Shown here: positions 9,770 through 19,930 of the stretch, piece by piece | How positions within the stretch are numbered: the first letter of the stretch is position 1 | Layout: each line of letters opens with the position of its first letter | NCBI RefSeq assembly: GCF_006345805.1 | Contig: NW_021825357.1 | Location: 1-21,935 of the forward strand | Direction: 5' to 3' | DNA length: 21,935 nt | Source: Octopus sinensis | Taxonomy: Eukaryota | Notes under the pieces: generated by a model | The model's database searches: none | The model's input: only the letters and a program-made list of their open reading frames with translations | What the model was told of the DNA's origin: nothing | Program-made: the position numbers and the translations under genes

Positions 9770-10029
9770 CTTGCAGCAAGTATTGATAGGCTGGACACGT
9801 CGCCCGGCTCACCGATAATCGGTGGACCCACGCAGTTGTTGAGTGGTACCTGCGCGAGCGGAAAAGACCACCCGGAAGACCTCCACTACGGTGGAGTTAC
9901 GATTTCAGGAGGACGATTGGGATCACGTGGATAGAAAGGCGCGATCCAGAGAGGAGTGGACAGTGTGCTGTGATCAGCGGTGTCAAATGGACGCCTGACG
10001 GACTGGTCGGTCAAGGTGATCAAGGTGAT
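9770..10029 (+). mobile_element. RTE-clade LINE 3' end (5'-truncated, decayed)
   Basis: *AGHVARLTDNRWTHAVVEWYLRERKRPPGRPPLRWSYDFRRTIGITW, then after a frameshift KARSREEW...MDA*. This is the typical RTE C-terminus. Ends in the short tandem tail (CAAGGTGAT)2. Confidence 0.88.
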
Positions 10030-10036
10030 ATATATA

Positions 10037-10074
<38 letters not shown>

Positions 10075-11233
10075 TCAGCATAGAGATATACATACACGCA
10101 CACAGATACGTCAGTAAAACATCTCACATGGACAGGCTGTCATCGATTAACCGGTAACCCTACCCGAACAAGATTCAAATCGAGGGCGGTGTCCGTTGGA
10201 CACCCAGTAATATGAAAAGTCAAAAGCCATCAATGGAGGGATGAACCCAGTGAAATCAACAGTCATCTAACGTCTGGGAGTGAGAGATCCTTAGTCCCTG
10301 TTCAGACAATTCTCTAGATGAACGAAAACTATGATGTAACACCCACGGCTTTGTTTGCATTTCAATGACCTACACTCGCTTTTTCTTTCGGAGCAAATGC
10401 ACACTCTTGTGCAGAGAGTAGCATTTGACCTGTAAAAGCCCTTTCCTCACTTTAAAAAACTTCAGACACAGGTATCATTTGACTTTTAACCTCTCTGAAA
10501 TATATTGAGCATTAGGGTAAATCCATCAAAGAATAATATACACGATATAATGAAGGCACACGTTAGTATAGAAGTTAAAACCCTCTCAGCGCCTCCTGCA
10601 AGAGGTGCCCATGGTTGCTGCATCTATGCAAAAGCGTCTGGATCTGTTATTCTAAAAGAAAAGACAAGCGTTGACATTGCTTGAAATCAAGCTACAGCCA
10701 TTGTGTATATGTCTGTTGTGTTTGAGTTTTTGTGTGTGTGTGTGTATGGGACTATGTGTATGCGCGAATGTATGTGTTTGTATGTATGTGTGTGTGCGTG
10801 TGGTGTGCGTGTGTGTGTGCGTGTGTGTTTAAATTAACCTTTAGTCTCAATAAACCATTATTGTCCCTGAAAGTTGTTTTTTATATTTACAACGGATTAC
10901 TTGAAGTTTACTTTCTTTCTACATCTCGATCCCTGGATCATATATATATATATATATAATATGAGGCAATATTATTCCAAATTTATAGGGGAAAATTCAA
11001 TTGAGAAATACTAAATCAAATTTCACAAAATATAATATATATATATATATATACAAATTAGAAAAAAAACACTTTTTATCAATTCAGTTATGAAAAATTA
11101 AATTATACTATTTAGAAAAATTACATCTTATAGAAAGATTAGATATAAGATAAAACATATATATATTTATATATATATATATATGTATATGCAACACCAC
11201 CAAATGGTTACGTAATTCACCAATGTATGCTCT

Positions 11234-11591
11234 CTACGGAAAAAAAGTCTTCCTTTTTCCGTAGCTTCCGGTTGACCCAAACTGCCTGACCGGAAATCAG
11301 TCGAAGGAAAATTGCGTGGACGCCCGTTCGAAAGTTTGTAGCAGCCATTCAAATGTGTAGTCTTTGTCATGTCCGTGGATTAGTTTAAGGACAAGAATAT
11401 TCGCGAGGAAACTCAGCCATTTACATACTTATCCACTGAATAGGAAAGGCCGTTGAAGGAATAACCGGAACATCAATTCATCGCCGAAATCAACGGATAG
11501 CCAATTATTTTAGCAAAGGTATAGTTGAACACTGAAAAACAAAAAAAAGATGGCGGGATAGTTGTTACTACGAGTTTTGTTATAGTAAGGT
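11234..11591. promoter_or_regulatory. CpG-rich promoter-like island with ETS- and YY1-like motifs and a possible splice donor
   Basis: CTTCCGG (11265) and ACCGGAA (11289, 11464); GCAGCCATT (11341), CAGCCATTT (11414) and AAGATGGCGG (11547); AAG|GTAAAC donor at 11590; many CpGs against an AT-rich background. Confidence 0.4.
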
Positions 11592-11724
11592 AAACTTGAA
11601 CATGACATGGTATTTCAAAATAAATGTTGTATTTTTAAACGGTGTAACGGCGTGTTTATAAATAGCGGATGATTAGTGAGTATATAAATAGCGTATTTAT
11701 GAATAATATATTTATCACGGCAGG

Positions 11725-11760
11725 GATGTGTGTGTGTGTGAGCACATTAGTATATATATG

Positions 11761-11797
<37 letters not shown>

Positions 11798-11899
11798 ATG
11801 AAGGAGGTTCTCTAAGGGGAAAGAAATAAGTAGAAGTACATTGACACATACTAAAATACTGTCAGCGTTTAACAAACAACATTTTAAATGGTGTGTATA

Positions 11900-11944
<45 letters not shown>

Positions 11945-12310
11945 ATATATATATACGTATGTATATACGTATATATATATATACATGTATGTACCAATGT
12001 ATATGTTTATACAGAACAAATATGTATACAACTGCAGTTATACACACACACACACACATGCACGTACGCAAATACTCTCTTTCACACATACGTTTAACGC
12101 ATATATAATTATGCATCTATATATATGTATATGGCTGTGTGTATATATTTGTGCCAGGATGTACGAGAGAGAGAGAGAGAGAAGGAGTAAGTATACGAGT
12201 GGGCGAGTGTGTGTGTATATGTGTGTATGTGTATATGTGTGTGTACGTGTGTGGTGTGTGTGTGTGTGTGTGTATGTGTTTGTCTTTGAGTGAATGTCTG
12301 TGTATGTATT
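11725..12310. repeat. Compound TA/CA/GA/GT microsatellite cluster
   Basis: Directly visible. Confidence 0.92.
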
Positions 12311-12379
12311 TATGTATTCTTCGTAATGTGTTTAGACCCATTGCAATTGGCAGCGCCCATGCACATCTAATTACAGCAT

Positions 12380-12997
12380 CGCTTCTTCTTCTTCTTCTTC
12401 TTCTCCACCCTTTCTCCGCCCCCCACACACTTCCCTTCTATCCGTCCTTCCCTCCCACCACCACCACCACCACCACCACCATCGTCAACCTACGTTTTTT
12501 TGGAATCGGTTTTAGCCCACGTGATTACATCTCCTACATGCCATTCCATTCAATTCTTGCGTCTTCCTGCTCAGATTTAGCTCTCTCCTATTTATATATT
12601 CTTCACACACAGAACCACTTCCTGCCGTTCCTCCTCCTACTCCTCCCCTCCTCCTCCACCACCACCCGGCCCCGCCCCACCTCTTCCAACCGATTCATGA
12701 ATCAACTCTCGTCGTTATATTTAGCTTGTTTACTTTGTTTTTGTTTTTGCTCTTTTTGTTTTTGTTTTTGGTTTTAGATCCCTTCGTCTCTTCTTTGCTT
12801 TTCCTCCTCTTGCCCCATCCCCCCCTTCTCCTTATTCCTTCTTCACCGCTTACTTTCATCTCCTCCCCCCCCATGTCCTTCTCATCTTCCTCATCCTGTA
12901 ACCAAGTGTTTCTTAGCATCGTTTGCTGCTGCCGTTGCTGCTGCTGCTGCTGCACCATTGCTGCTGTTCTTCACATCACTTCTACTCTTTCTCTCTT

Positions 12998-13055
<58 letters not shown>

Positions 13056-13160
13056 ACTCTCTTTCTCTCTTTCTCTCTCTCTCTTTCTCTTTCTCTTAAT
13101 TTTCCTTCCTTTCTATTGCTTACTCCTATTTGCATCTCTCTCGTTTTCTTCCCTCAAGCC
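12380..13160. repeat. Pyrimidine-rich low-complexity tract: (CTT)n, (CCA)n, (CTG)n and a long (CT)n at ~12980-13095
   Basis: Directly visible. Confidence 0.92.
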
Positions 13161-13175
13161 CTATAAAATTGCAGA

Positions 13176-13177
13176 TT

Positions 13178-13212
<35 letters not shown>

Positions 13213-13341
13213 TACCATAGTCGTCGTCGTCGTCGTCGCCATCATCTTCTCTATCACGTGAAGGAGGAGTAGTATAACGGTGATGGCGATGAGGAAAATG
13301 GCTATAATATCGTGCATACCACTGATGATGATGTGATGATG

Positions 13342-13373
<32 letters not shown>

Positions 13374-13625
13374 GATGATGATGACGATGATGATGATGAT
13401 TTTATGATAGATGATGATGATTTGATATGATGATGATGCTGGATGATGATTGATGATGGGATTTTGATGTGTTGATGATGATGATGGTGATGATGATGAT
13501 TGATGATGATGATTTTGATGATGGGGATGATGATGATGATGACGATGATGATGATGATGATTTTGATGATGGGGATGATGATGATGATAATTATAATGGT
13601 GATGATGACACAGTAACGATGATGA
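13176..13625. repeat. (CAT)n/(CGT)n array (13176-13245) and (GAT)n array (13320-13625)
   Basis: Directly visible; source of the poly-His/Asp/Met ORFs. Confidence 0.95.
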
Positions 13626-13689
13626 TTGAAGTGAATAATTATAGTAATGCTCCTTTCAAGGCATTGAGGCATAGGTCTTGAATCGTGGG

Positions 13690-13876
13690 ATCAAGTTTAT
13701 CGATGTCATCGACCCCTTGACTAGTGGGGTTTTTTTTATCGACTCTGAATGGCCGAAAGGACATCTTGACTCCGACCCCACCCAGGCGGGATTTGAACAC
13801 AGAACGTAAAGATCCGGAACACATACCGCTAGGCAATTTGTTAGATGTTCTACCGATTCTGCTTGCTCACCACTTT
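13690..13876 (-). mobile_element. Old, diverged SINE family A copy
   Basis: TTTATCGACTCTGAATGG...GGCGGGATTTGAACACAGAACGTAAAG...GATTCTGCTTGCTCACCACTT is a degenerate reverse complement of family A. Confidence 0.75.
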
Positions 13877-13912
13877 AATGTTATATCAATAATAATAATA
13901 ACGGGGTTTAGT

Positions 13913-14235
13913 GGAGGTGCGTGGCTAAGTGGTTAGGGCATTCTGCTCACGATCGTAACGTCGTGGGTTCAATTCCCAGCGACGCGTTGAGTCCATGAGC
14001 AAGACATTTTATTAAATATTGTTCCATTCCATTCAGCTGGAAAAAAATGAGTAGTACCTGTTTTTCAAAGGGCCACCTTTGTCACACTCTGCGTCATACG
14101 GAATCTTCCTGAGAACTACATTAAGGGTACACGTGTCTGTGGAGTGCTCAGCCGTTTACACATTAATTTTGCGAGCAGGCTGTTCCGTTGAGTGGATCAA
14201 CTGGAACCCTCGTTGTTGTAACCGACGAAGCGACA
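13913..14235 (+). mobile_element. tRNA-derived SINE family D
   Basis: A box TGGCTAAGTGG (13922) and B box GGTTCAATTCC (13966), followed by a non-tRNA body (GAGCAAGACA...CAGCTGG..AAATGAGTAGTACC...). Single copy in the window. Confidence 0.8.
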
Positions 14236-14306
14236 GCTAATGCGTTTTAATCTATTAATCTAGGCATAAAGTCAGACATTTTGCACGGGGAGGTTTGTTG
14301 CTAACA

Positions 14307-14460
14307 TTGACCCTAGTACCTGATTGGTACGTTATTTATCGACACCGAAAAGCTGGAAATCAAAATTGACTCCGGCGGGATTTGAACACAGAACATAAAG
14401 AGCTGGTTGAAGTGCCACTAAACATTGCCTCCGACGTGCTAATGACTCTGCTAGCCCAAC
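14307..14460 (-). mobile_element. Old, diverged SINE family A copy
   Basis: TGGTACGTTATTTATCGACACCGAAAAG...GGCGGGATTTGAACACAGAAC...CGTGCTAATGACTCTGCTAGC. Confidence 0.72.
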
Positions 14461-14497
14461 CCCCTATCAATGATTTCAAGGTTTGTTTGCAGTTTTA

Positions 14498-14635
14498 GGG
14501 AGAGGACCAGTCGGTTACATCGACTCCGGAACTAGACTGGTATGGGCAGGGTTTATCTCAGAGCGTAAAGTGTTGACATGTATAACGAAAAAGGATTGAT
14601 TCAGATAATATAACGATTTTGCCAGCTCATCACCT
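14498..14635 (-). mobile_element. Old, internally deleted SINE family A copy
   Basis: AGTCGGTTACATCGACTCC..ACTGGTA...TCTCAGAGCGTAAAG...ACGATTTTGCCAGCTC. Confidence 0.6.
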
Positions 14636-14811
14636 AATTATTATTGTAGTATAATTAGGATGGTGCTTTCTTTTATTTGCCATTGGTGCGTCGAACGTAA
14701 GGGGCCTCTCGAAAGATAGATTGGAAAGCGTGTGTATGTGAGGGATAGAGTGGGGTTTACATAAAACAGGCTGAGGAAAAAGCTAAGCTAAAGTGAATAC
14801 ATGAATGATAT

Positions 14812-15112
14812 CACCGTGATCATCGTGACCAATCAGGCTATCAGATGTTGCTACACATCGCTGGTCACAATGCGCTTCGCATTGTTTTAGCCTTCAAATG
14901 ACGCCAGCGAGCAGCAGGCCAACAGAAGAAAGAGTGAGAGAAAGTTGTGGTGAAAGAGTACAGCAGGGATCACCACCATCCTCTGCCGGAGACTCGTGGA
15001 GCTTTAGGTGTTTTGGCTCAATAAACACTCACAACGCCCGATCTGGAAATCGAAACCACGATCCTACGACCGCGAGTCCGCTGCCCTAACCGCTGGGCCA
15101 TTGCGTCTCCAC
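14812..15112 (-). mobile_element. Full-length tRNA-derived SINE family E with RTE-like tail and 13-bp TSD
   Basis: Minus strand GTGGAGACGCAATGGCCCAGCGGTTAGG (A box) and GGTTTCGATTTCC (B box-like); tail ...GGTCACGATGATCACGGTGATA; TSD ACATGAATGATAT at 14799-14811 and 15113-15125. Confidence 0.92.
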
Positions 15113-15519
15113 ACATGAATGATATAGTCATCTTGATACAGGAAAGTTTCTAATCAAGAAACCCCACAAATTCAAGATCATTTTCTCCCCTATTCGCACG
15201 TTTCCGCCCACTCTCAACTTTTTTCCGATATACATGTGTATATTCAGTCTAGTTCTATTGATTCTATCGTGATCGAAGTCAATGACCCTTTGATAAGTTC
15301 ACTTGAGAAGAGCACTATCCTCTCCACACTTCTTTTCTGAATGGAACTTGAAAAAGCAAATCGATAAGGGCTTGACCAAAGAGGAAAATATCTGTCCTCA
15401 ATCTTTTCATGCTCATTCATCACACAACTTCTTTGGCTAAGGCTACCAGTCAGAGGAAAGTTGCCTTCCCAATTTTATTGAAGGAGGGCGACGGAGCGAT
15501 CTTCAAATGTTTCGAACAT

Positions 15520-15715
15520 TGGCAGACAGACGGAAATTTTATAGGGAGGAGAAGGTTAATTCATTTCATCGATCTCAGCACTTCACTGGTACTGTTACTG
15601 TCGACTGCGGAAGATTAAAAGTTAAAAAGTGTTCATCACAGCAAGACTTGAACTTGGAGCATAAATAGTTGGAGGAAACCTCGTAAGGTCTTTCACACGA
15701 AGCTGTCATAATTGT
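15520..15715 (-). mobile_element. Very diverged SINE family A copy
   Basis: CATCGATCTCAGCACTTCACTGGTACTGTTACTGTCGACTGCGGAAGATTAAAAG...GACTTGAACTTGGAGCATAAA aligns by eye to the reverse complement of family A. Confidence 0.55.
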
Positions 15716-15879
15716 ACTACAGTTTTTGTGTGGGTTTGGGGAAAGCAAAGATGATTAACAACATAACATCTCAAGTTAAAACAAAAATACGAAGAAAAAT
15801 TATTTGTCGATAATTTAGTCTGGTATAGAAATAAAATGTTTTCTTTTAGACACTGGTCCTTATTGTGTCTGTTCTCGAG

Positions 15880-15909
15880 TATCTATCTATCTATCTATCT
15901 GTCTATCTG

Positions 15910-15964
<55 letters not shown>

Positions 15965-16021
15965 CTGTCTGTCTGTCAGTCTGTCTGTCTGTCTATCTAT
16001 CTCCCACCACTCTCTTTTTTC

Positions 16022-16064
<43 letters not shown>

Positions 16065-16075
16065 TAAATAGATAC

Positions 16076-16128
<53 letters not shown>

Positions 16129-16145
16129 CAGACGGACGGACGGAC

Positions 16146-16199
<54 letters not shown>

Positions 16200-16200
16200 T
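15880..16200. repeat. (TCTA)n/(TCTG)n - (TA)n - (TAGA)n compound array
   Basis: Directly visible. Confidence 0.96.
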
Positions 16201-16309
16201 GATGAACAAAAATTATCAGTGCTTCGAGTGAAGGTAAACAAATGCCTAACAGCAATGGCAATAAGGGAGTATTGTATTTTCCAGAATTAGCATACCAGTT
16301 ACAGACATG

Positions 16310-16525
16310 ATACATACACACATATATGTATGCATGCATGCCTGTATGTATGTATGTATGTATGTATGTATGTACGTATGTATGTATGTATGTATGTGTG
16401 TATGTATGTATGTATGTACGTACGTATGTATGTATGCATGCATGCATGGATAGATGGATGTCTACATAGATGTATGTATTCATGCATGCGTGTATGTATT
16501 GACGAATGTATGTATGTATGTATAG
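16310..16525. repeat. (TATG)n array
   Basis: Directly visible. Confidence 0.95.
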
Positions 16526-16562
16526 TGAGAAACGGCTAGTCTTTATTTCGACATCTCTCCAG

Positions 16563-16648
16563 ACGAAGGAAATTCTGAAATAACACCAGCCTCATTGCGA
16601 AGCTGAAGATCTTTCTCTTGTTTATGTCTGGACTGCTTGGTTTTGTAA
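16563..16648 (+). other. Candidate small exon, mostly non-coding, with ATG at 16624
   Basis: Pyrimidine tract CTTTATTTCGACATCTCTCCAG| acceptor; overlapping donors GTAAGT (16645) and GTGAGT (16649). All three frames have stops before ATG TCT GGA CTG CTT GGT TTT. Confidence 0.3.
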
Positions 16649-17511
16649 GTGAGTCTTAGCGGTGTTGTACCCGATGTTATTCACTTTAAATTTCTGTACG
16701 GACATAGCTGGCAGCCATCTTCTATACCGTTTAGGATATGATCATTTGTTAGTGATGGTCATACGCCTATGAGCCGATAGCCACCGTATAGGTATATAAA
16801 CAAAATTGTAATATATGAGTGTATGTATTCTAAAATGAACACCGAGAGTGTTTATTTGAATTTCCTGTTGAAAAATCCCCCATAGAAAATCACCAATATT
16901 CTTTCTAATAAACACTGTGTTTATTTTTGACCACACGGGAGCAGTAGCAATTATGATAATTGCTATGGGTAATTGAAAACTTCGAAAACTATTTTGAAGA
17001 ATCGGCGGCCAACTGAGGCAGATATTATTTAAAACAGTACATTGGACTCTGTGGATGTTTATTAAAGTGTAATGCCAAAGGCACTATCAAAAGATGGAGT
17101 TGAATAAAAGCTCAAAATATTAATTTTAGTTTAGTCACAGAAATCCGAGAATTAAGATATAATCCACCAATACATGCACATTAGAGTAGTTCAAACTGAT
17201 ACAGAAATGTCTAAACAACAACACGAAACAAACAAAAAACAACAACATTGTACACAGTGCAAGGAATACGATATTAGTTATCCCAATGTTAAGCTGCTGT
17301 TTTAATATATTATATTGGAAGTTAAGACTACTGAAAAAGCTTAAGTAGGATTAGTGGAAAATAAACTAAATACATTCAAAATCCATAATCTTAAAACTGA
17401 TTTAGAAATGGATATATATCTATCTCTGGTGAGCAGAAGGTTAAGGATTGGTAGAATTGTTATAGAGAGAGAGGATTTCATTTCAGTCTTCTGCGTTTTG
17501 CGGTCGAATCT

Positions 17512-17711
17512 TACTCTTTTACTTGTTTCAGTCATTTGACTGTGGCATGCTGGAGTACCGCCTTTAGTCGAGCAAATCGACCCGAGGACTTATTCTTTGT
17601 AAGCCTAGCACTTATTCTATCGGTCTCTTTTGCCGAACCGCTAAGTTACGGGGACGTAAACACACCAGCATCGGTTATCAAGCGATGTTGTGGGGACAAA
17701 CACAAACACAT

Positions 17712-17756
<45 letters not shown>

Positions 17757-18160
17757 GCATATACACACACATATATACAGGGAGAGTTTACGAAAAAAAC
17801 AAAAGACGAACACAGGTGGTGTACAAAACAAACAGATGTATTAGTATAACGCTCAGAAATAGAAAAAAGTCTTTTACGTTTTGAGCCTACGCTCTTCTAC
17901 AGAAAGGGTCACAGAAAAAAAAACAAGGAGAGAAACAAGGAGAGAAAAAATGTGTGTAGTGGTTAACGATCTATCATGGCGACTGATACATATATACGAC
18001 GGGCTTCTTTCAGTTTCCGTCTACCAAATCCACTCACAAGGCTTCTGTCGGCCCGAGGCTATAGTAGAAGACACTTGCCCAAAATGCCACGCACTGGGAC
18101 TGAACCCGGAACCATGTGGTTGGTAAGCAAGCTACTTACCACACAGCCACTCCTGCGCCT
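17512..18160 (-). mobile_element. Composite SINE family B (tRNA head, internal microsatellite, 3' domain), interrupted at 17779-17987
   Basis: The head ends at ...CACACAGCCACTCCTGCGCCT (18160) and the tail at TTACTCTTTTACTTGTTTCAGTCATTTGAC (17512); matches the copies at 20240 and 21699. Confidence 0.95.
17779..17987 (-). mobile_element. Short Penelope-like fragment with a decayed hammerhead motif, inserted in the SINE's microsatellite
   Basis: Absent from the other family B copies; flanked by ACATATATAC (17769-17778 and 17988-17997); hammerhead-like motif at 17871-17906. Confidence 0.55.
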
Positions 18161-18339
18161 CTTACCGAGTTCAACGTTGTTTTTCATCGTTCCAGGGGTA
18201 GTGGGGTTGATAAGTATTGCTTCCGTCCAATAACGGATTAAAGAAATTCTTGTCTATTCTCTTCTGATTCTCTTCTTGTGGCGGCTGGAATAGGATAGGT
18301 TTAAAATGTCTAAGATTTCTATGTCAAGATGACTGTAAT

Positions 18340-18579
18340 ATTGAGTGTGTGTGAAAGAGAGAGAGAGAGAGAGAGGGGGAGAGAGAAAGACTATGTGTGC
18401 GTGTGATGTGTTTATGTATGTGTGTCTGTTAACGCTTGGTACATTAAAGATTTGACAAGTAGAAATGGATGAGAAGGAGTTGCTACAGCGTGGCCCCAAT
18501 CTAATAACTGAAACCAATAAAAGAATAATCTTTTAAAAAGATATAACACAAACAAACACATGCACTCACACAAAAGACA

Positions 18580-18628
<49 letters not shown>

Positions 18629-18970
18629 CACATACATACATACATACATACATACATACATTCAGCAATATAAATCCTGAATATTTTTTTTGTTTTTTTT
18701 TTTGGAATACAAAGAATTGTGAATTTTGGTCGACTTCTTTGATTAGAATATCACTAAAAGGTCAAACTCTCTCAGACCAATTTACTTAGCAACATTTTAA
18801 CACAGCACGTGCGGAAACCACTTATAACACACACCCACGCACACACACACACACACGCACACACACACACACACATACACACACGCACATACACTCATCT
18901 ACATTCCCCATCCGCATACGCACAACGCATTATGCGCATCTATTCTCATGCATACATACATACATGCATA
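18340..18970. repeat. Cluster of (GA)n, (CA)n and (CATA)n arrays with short unique spacers
   Basis: Directly visible. Confidence 0.9.
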
Positions 18971-19326
18971 CATGCATTATATAGGTCAAACACCCACGCA
19001 CTTTCTCGAAGACACTGAAAGAAATCTCTGTGGCTGGAGTTCCAGTCGGTCGCTACACAAGGGCACCGTGTAGTCCAGTTCCATTTAAACTGACAAATTG
19101 TTAACGGTCGTTTGACAGCCAGCTTTCCAGCAAGCCAGCAAGCCAGCAAGCCAGCAAGCCGGCCTTGTGTTACACCAAACACGCCAGCCACCTATCAATC
19201 AACATCCGCAATGATGGCACAAATATATTCCTAAAGTGTCCCATATATACTTTTTTTTTGTTTTTTGTTAGGCAAATAACTGACTGATCCTCTAAATGGT
19301 TGCATGACCTGCTAGTAATAGACCTT

Positions 19327-19930
19327 AAGGCGGCGAGCTGGCAGAAACGTTAGCACGCCATGCAAAATGCTTTGCGGTATTTCGTCTGCCGCTACGTTCT
19401 GAGTTCAAATTCCGCCAAGGTCGACTTTGCTTTTCATTCTTTCGGGGTCGATAAATAAAGTACCAGTTTCGCACTGGGGTCGATGTAATTAACTTAATCC
19501 GTTTGTCTGTCCTTGTTTGTCCCCTCTATATTTAGCTCCTTGTGGGTAATAGATAAACAGGTATTTCGTCTGCCGCTACGTTCTGAGTTCAAATTCCGCC
19601 GAGGTCGACTTTGCCTTTCATCCTTTCGGGGTCGATTAAATAAGAACCAGTTACGCACTGGGTTCGATATTATCGATTTAATCCGTTTGTCTGTCCTTGT
19701 TTGTCCCCTCTGTGTTTAGCACCTTGGGGGTAGTAAAGAAATGGATATTTCGCCTGCGGTTACGTTCTGAGTTCAAATTCCGCCGAGGTCGACTTTGCCT
19801 TTCATCCTTTCGGAGTCGATTAAATAAATACCAGTTGAGCACTGGATTCGATGTAATTGACTTAATTCCTTTGTCTGTCCGTGTTTGTCCGCTCTGTGTT
19901 TAGCCCCTTGTGGGTAGTAAAGAAATAAGA
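19327..19930 (+). mobile_element. SINE family A trimer (one full unit plus two headless ~184 bp units) within one 12-bp TSD pair
   Basis: Units start at 19327, 19560 (GGTATTTCG) and ~19743 (GGATATTTCG); AATAGACCTTAA at 19317-19328 and 19931-19942. Confidence 0.96.

Noticed and set aside
17349-17427. Possible exon ending at the strong donor CTG|GTGAGC
   Set aside because: No polypyrimidine tract at the acceptor and the peptide is unrecognised
19030-19191. 8-bp inverted termini GTGGCTGG...CCAGCCAC around a (CCAGCAAG)n minisatellite as a MITE
   Set aside because: The inverted repeat is too short, there is no TSD, and only one copy is present
19560-19742. HDV-like ribozyme in the SINE A repeat unit (GGTATTT could pair with AAGTACC as P1)
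   Set aside because: The P3/L3/P1.1/P2 order and the catalytic-C junction do not fit the HDV fold
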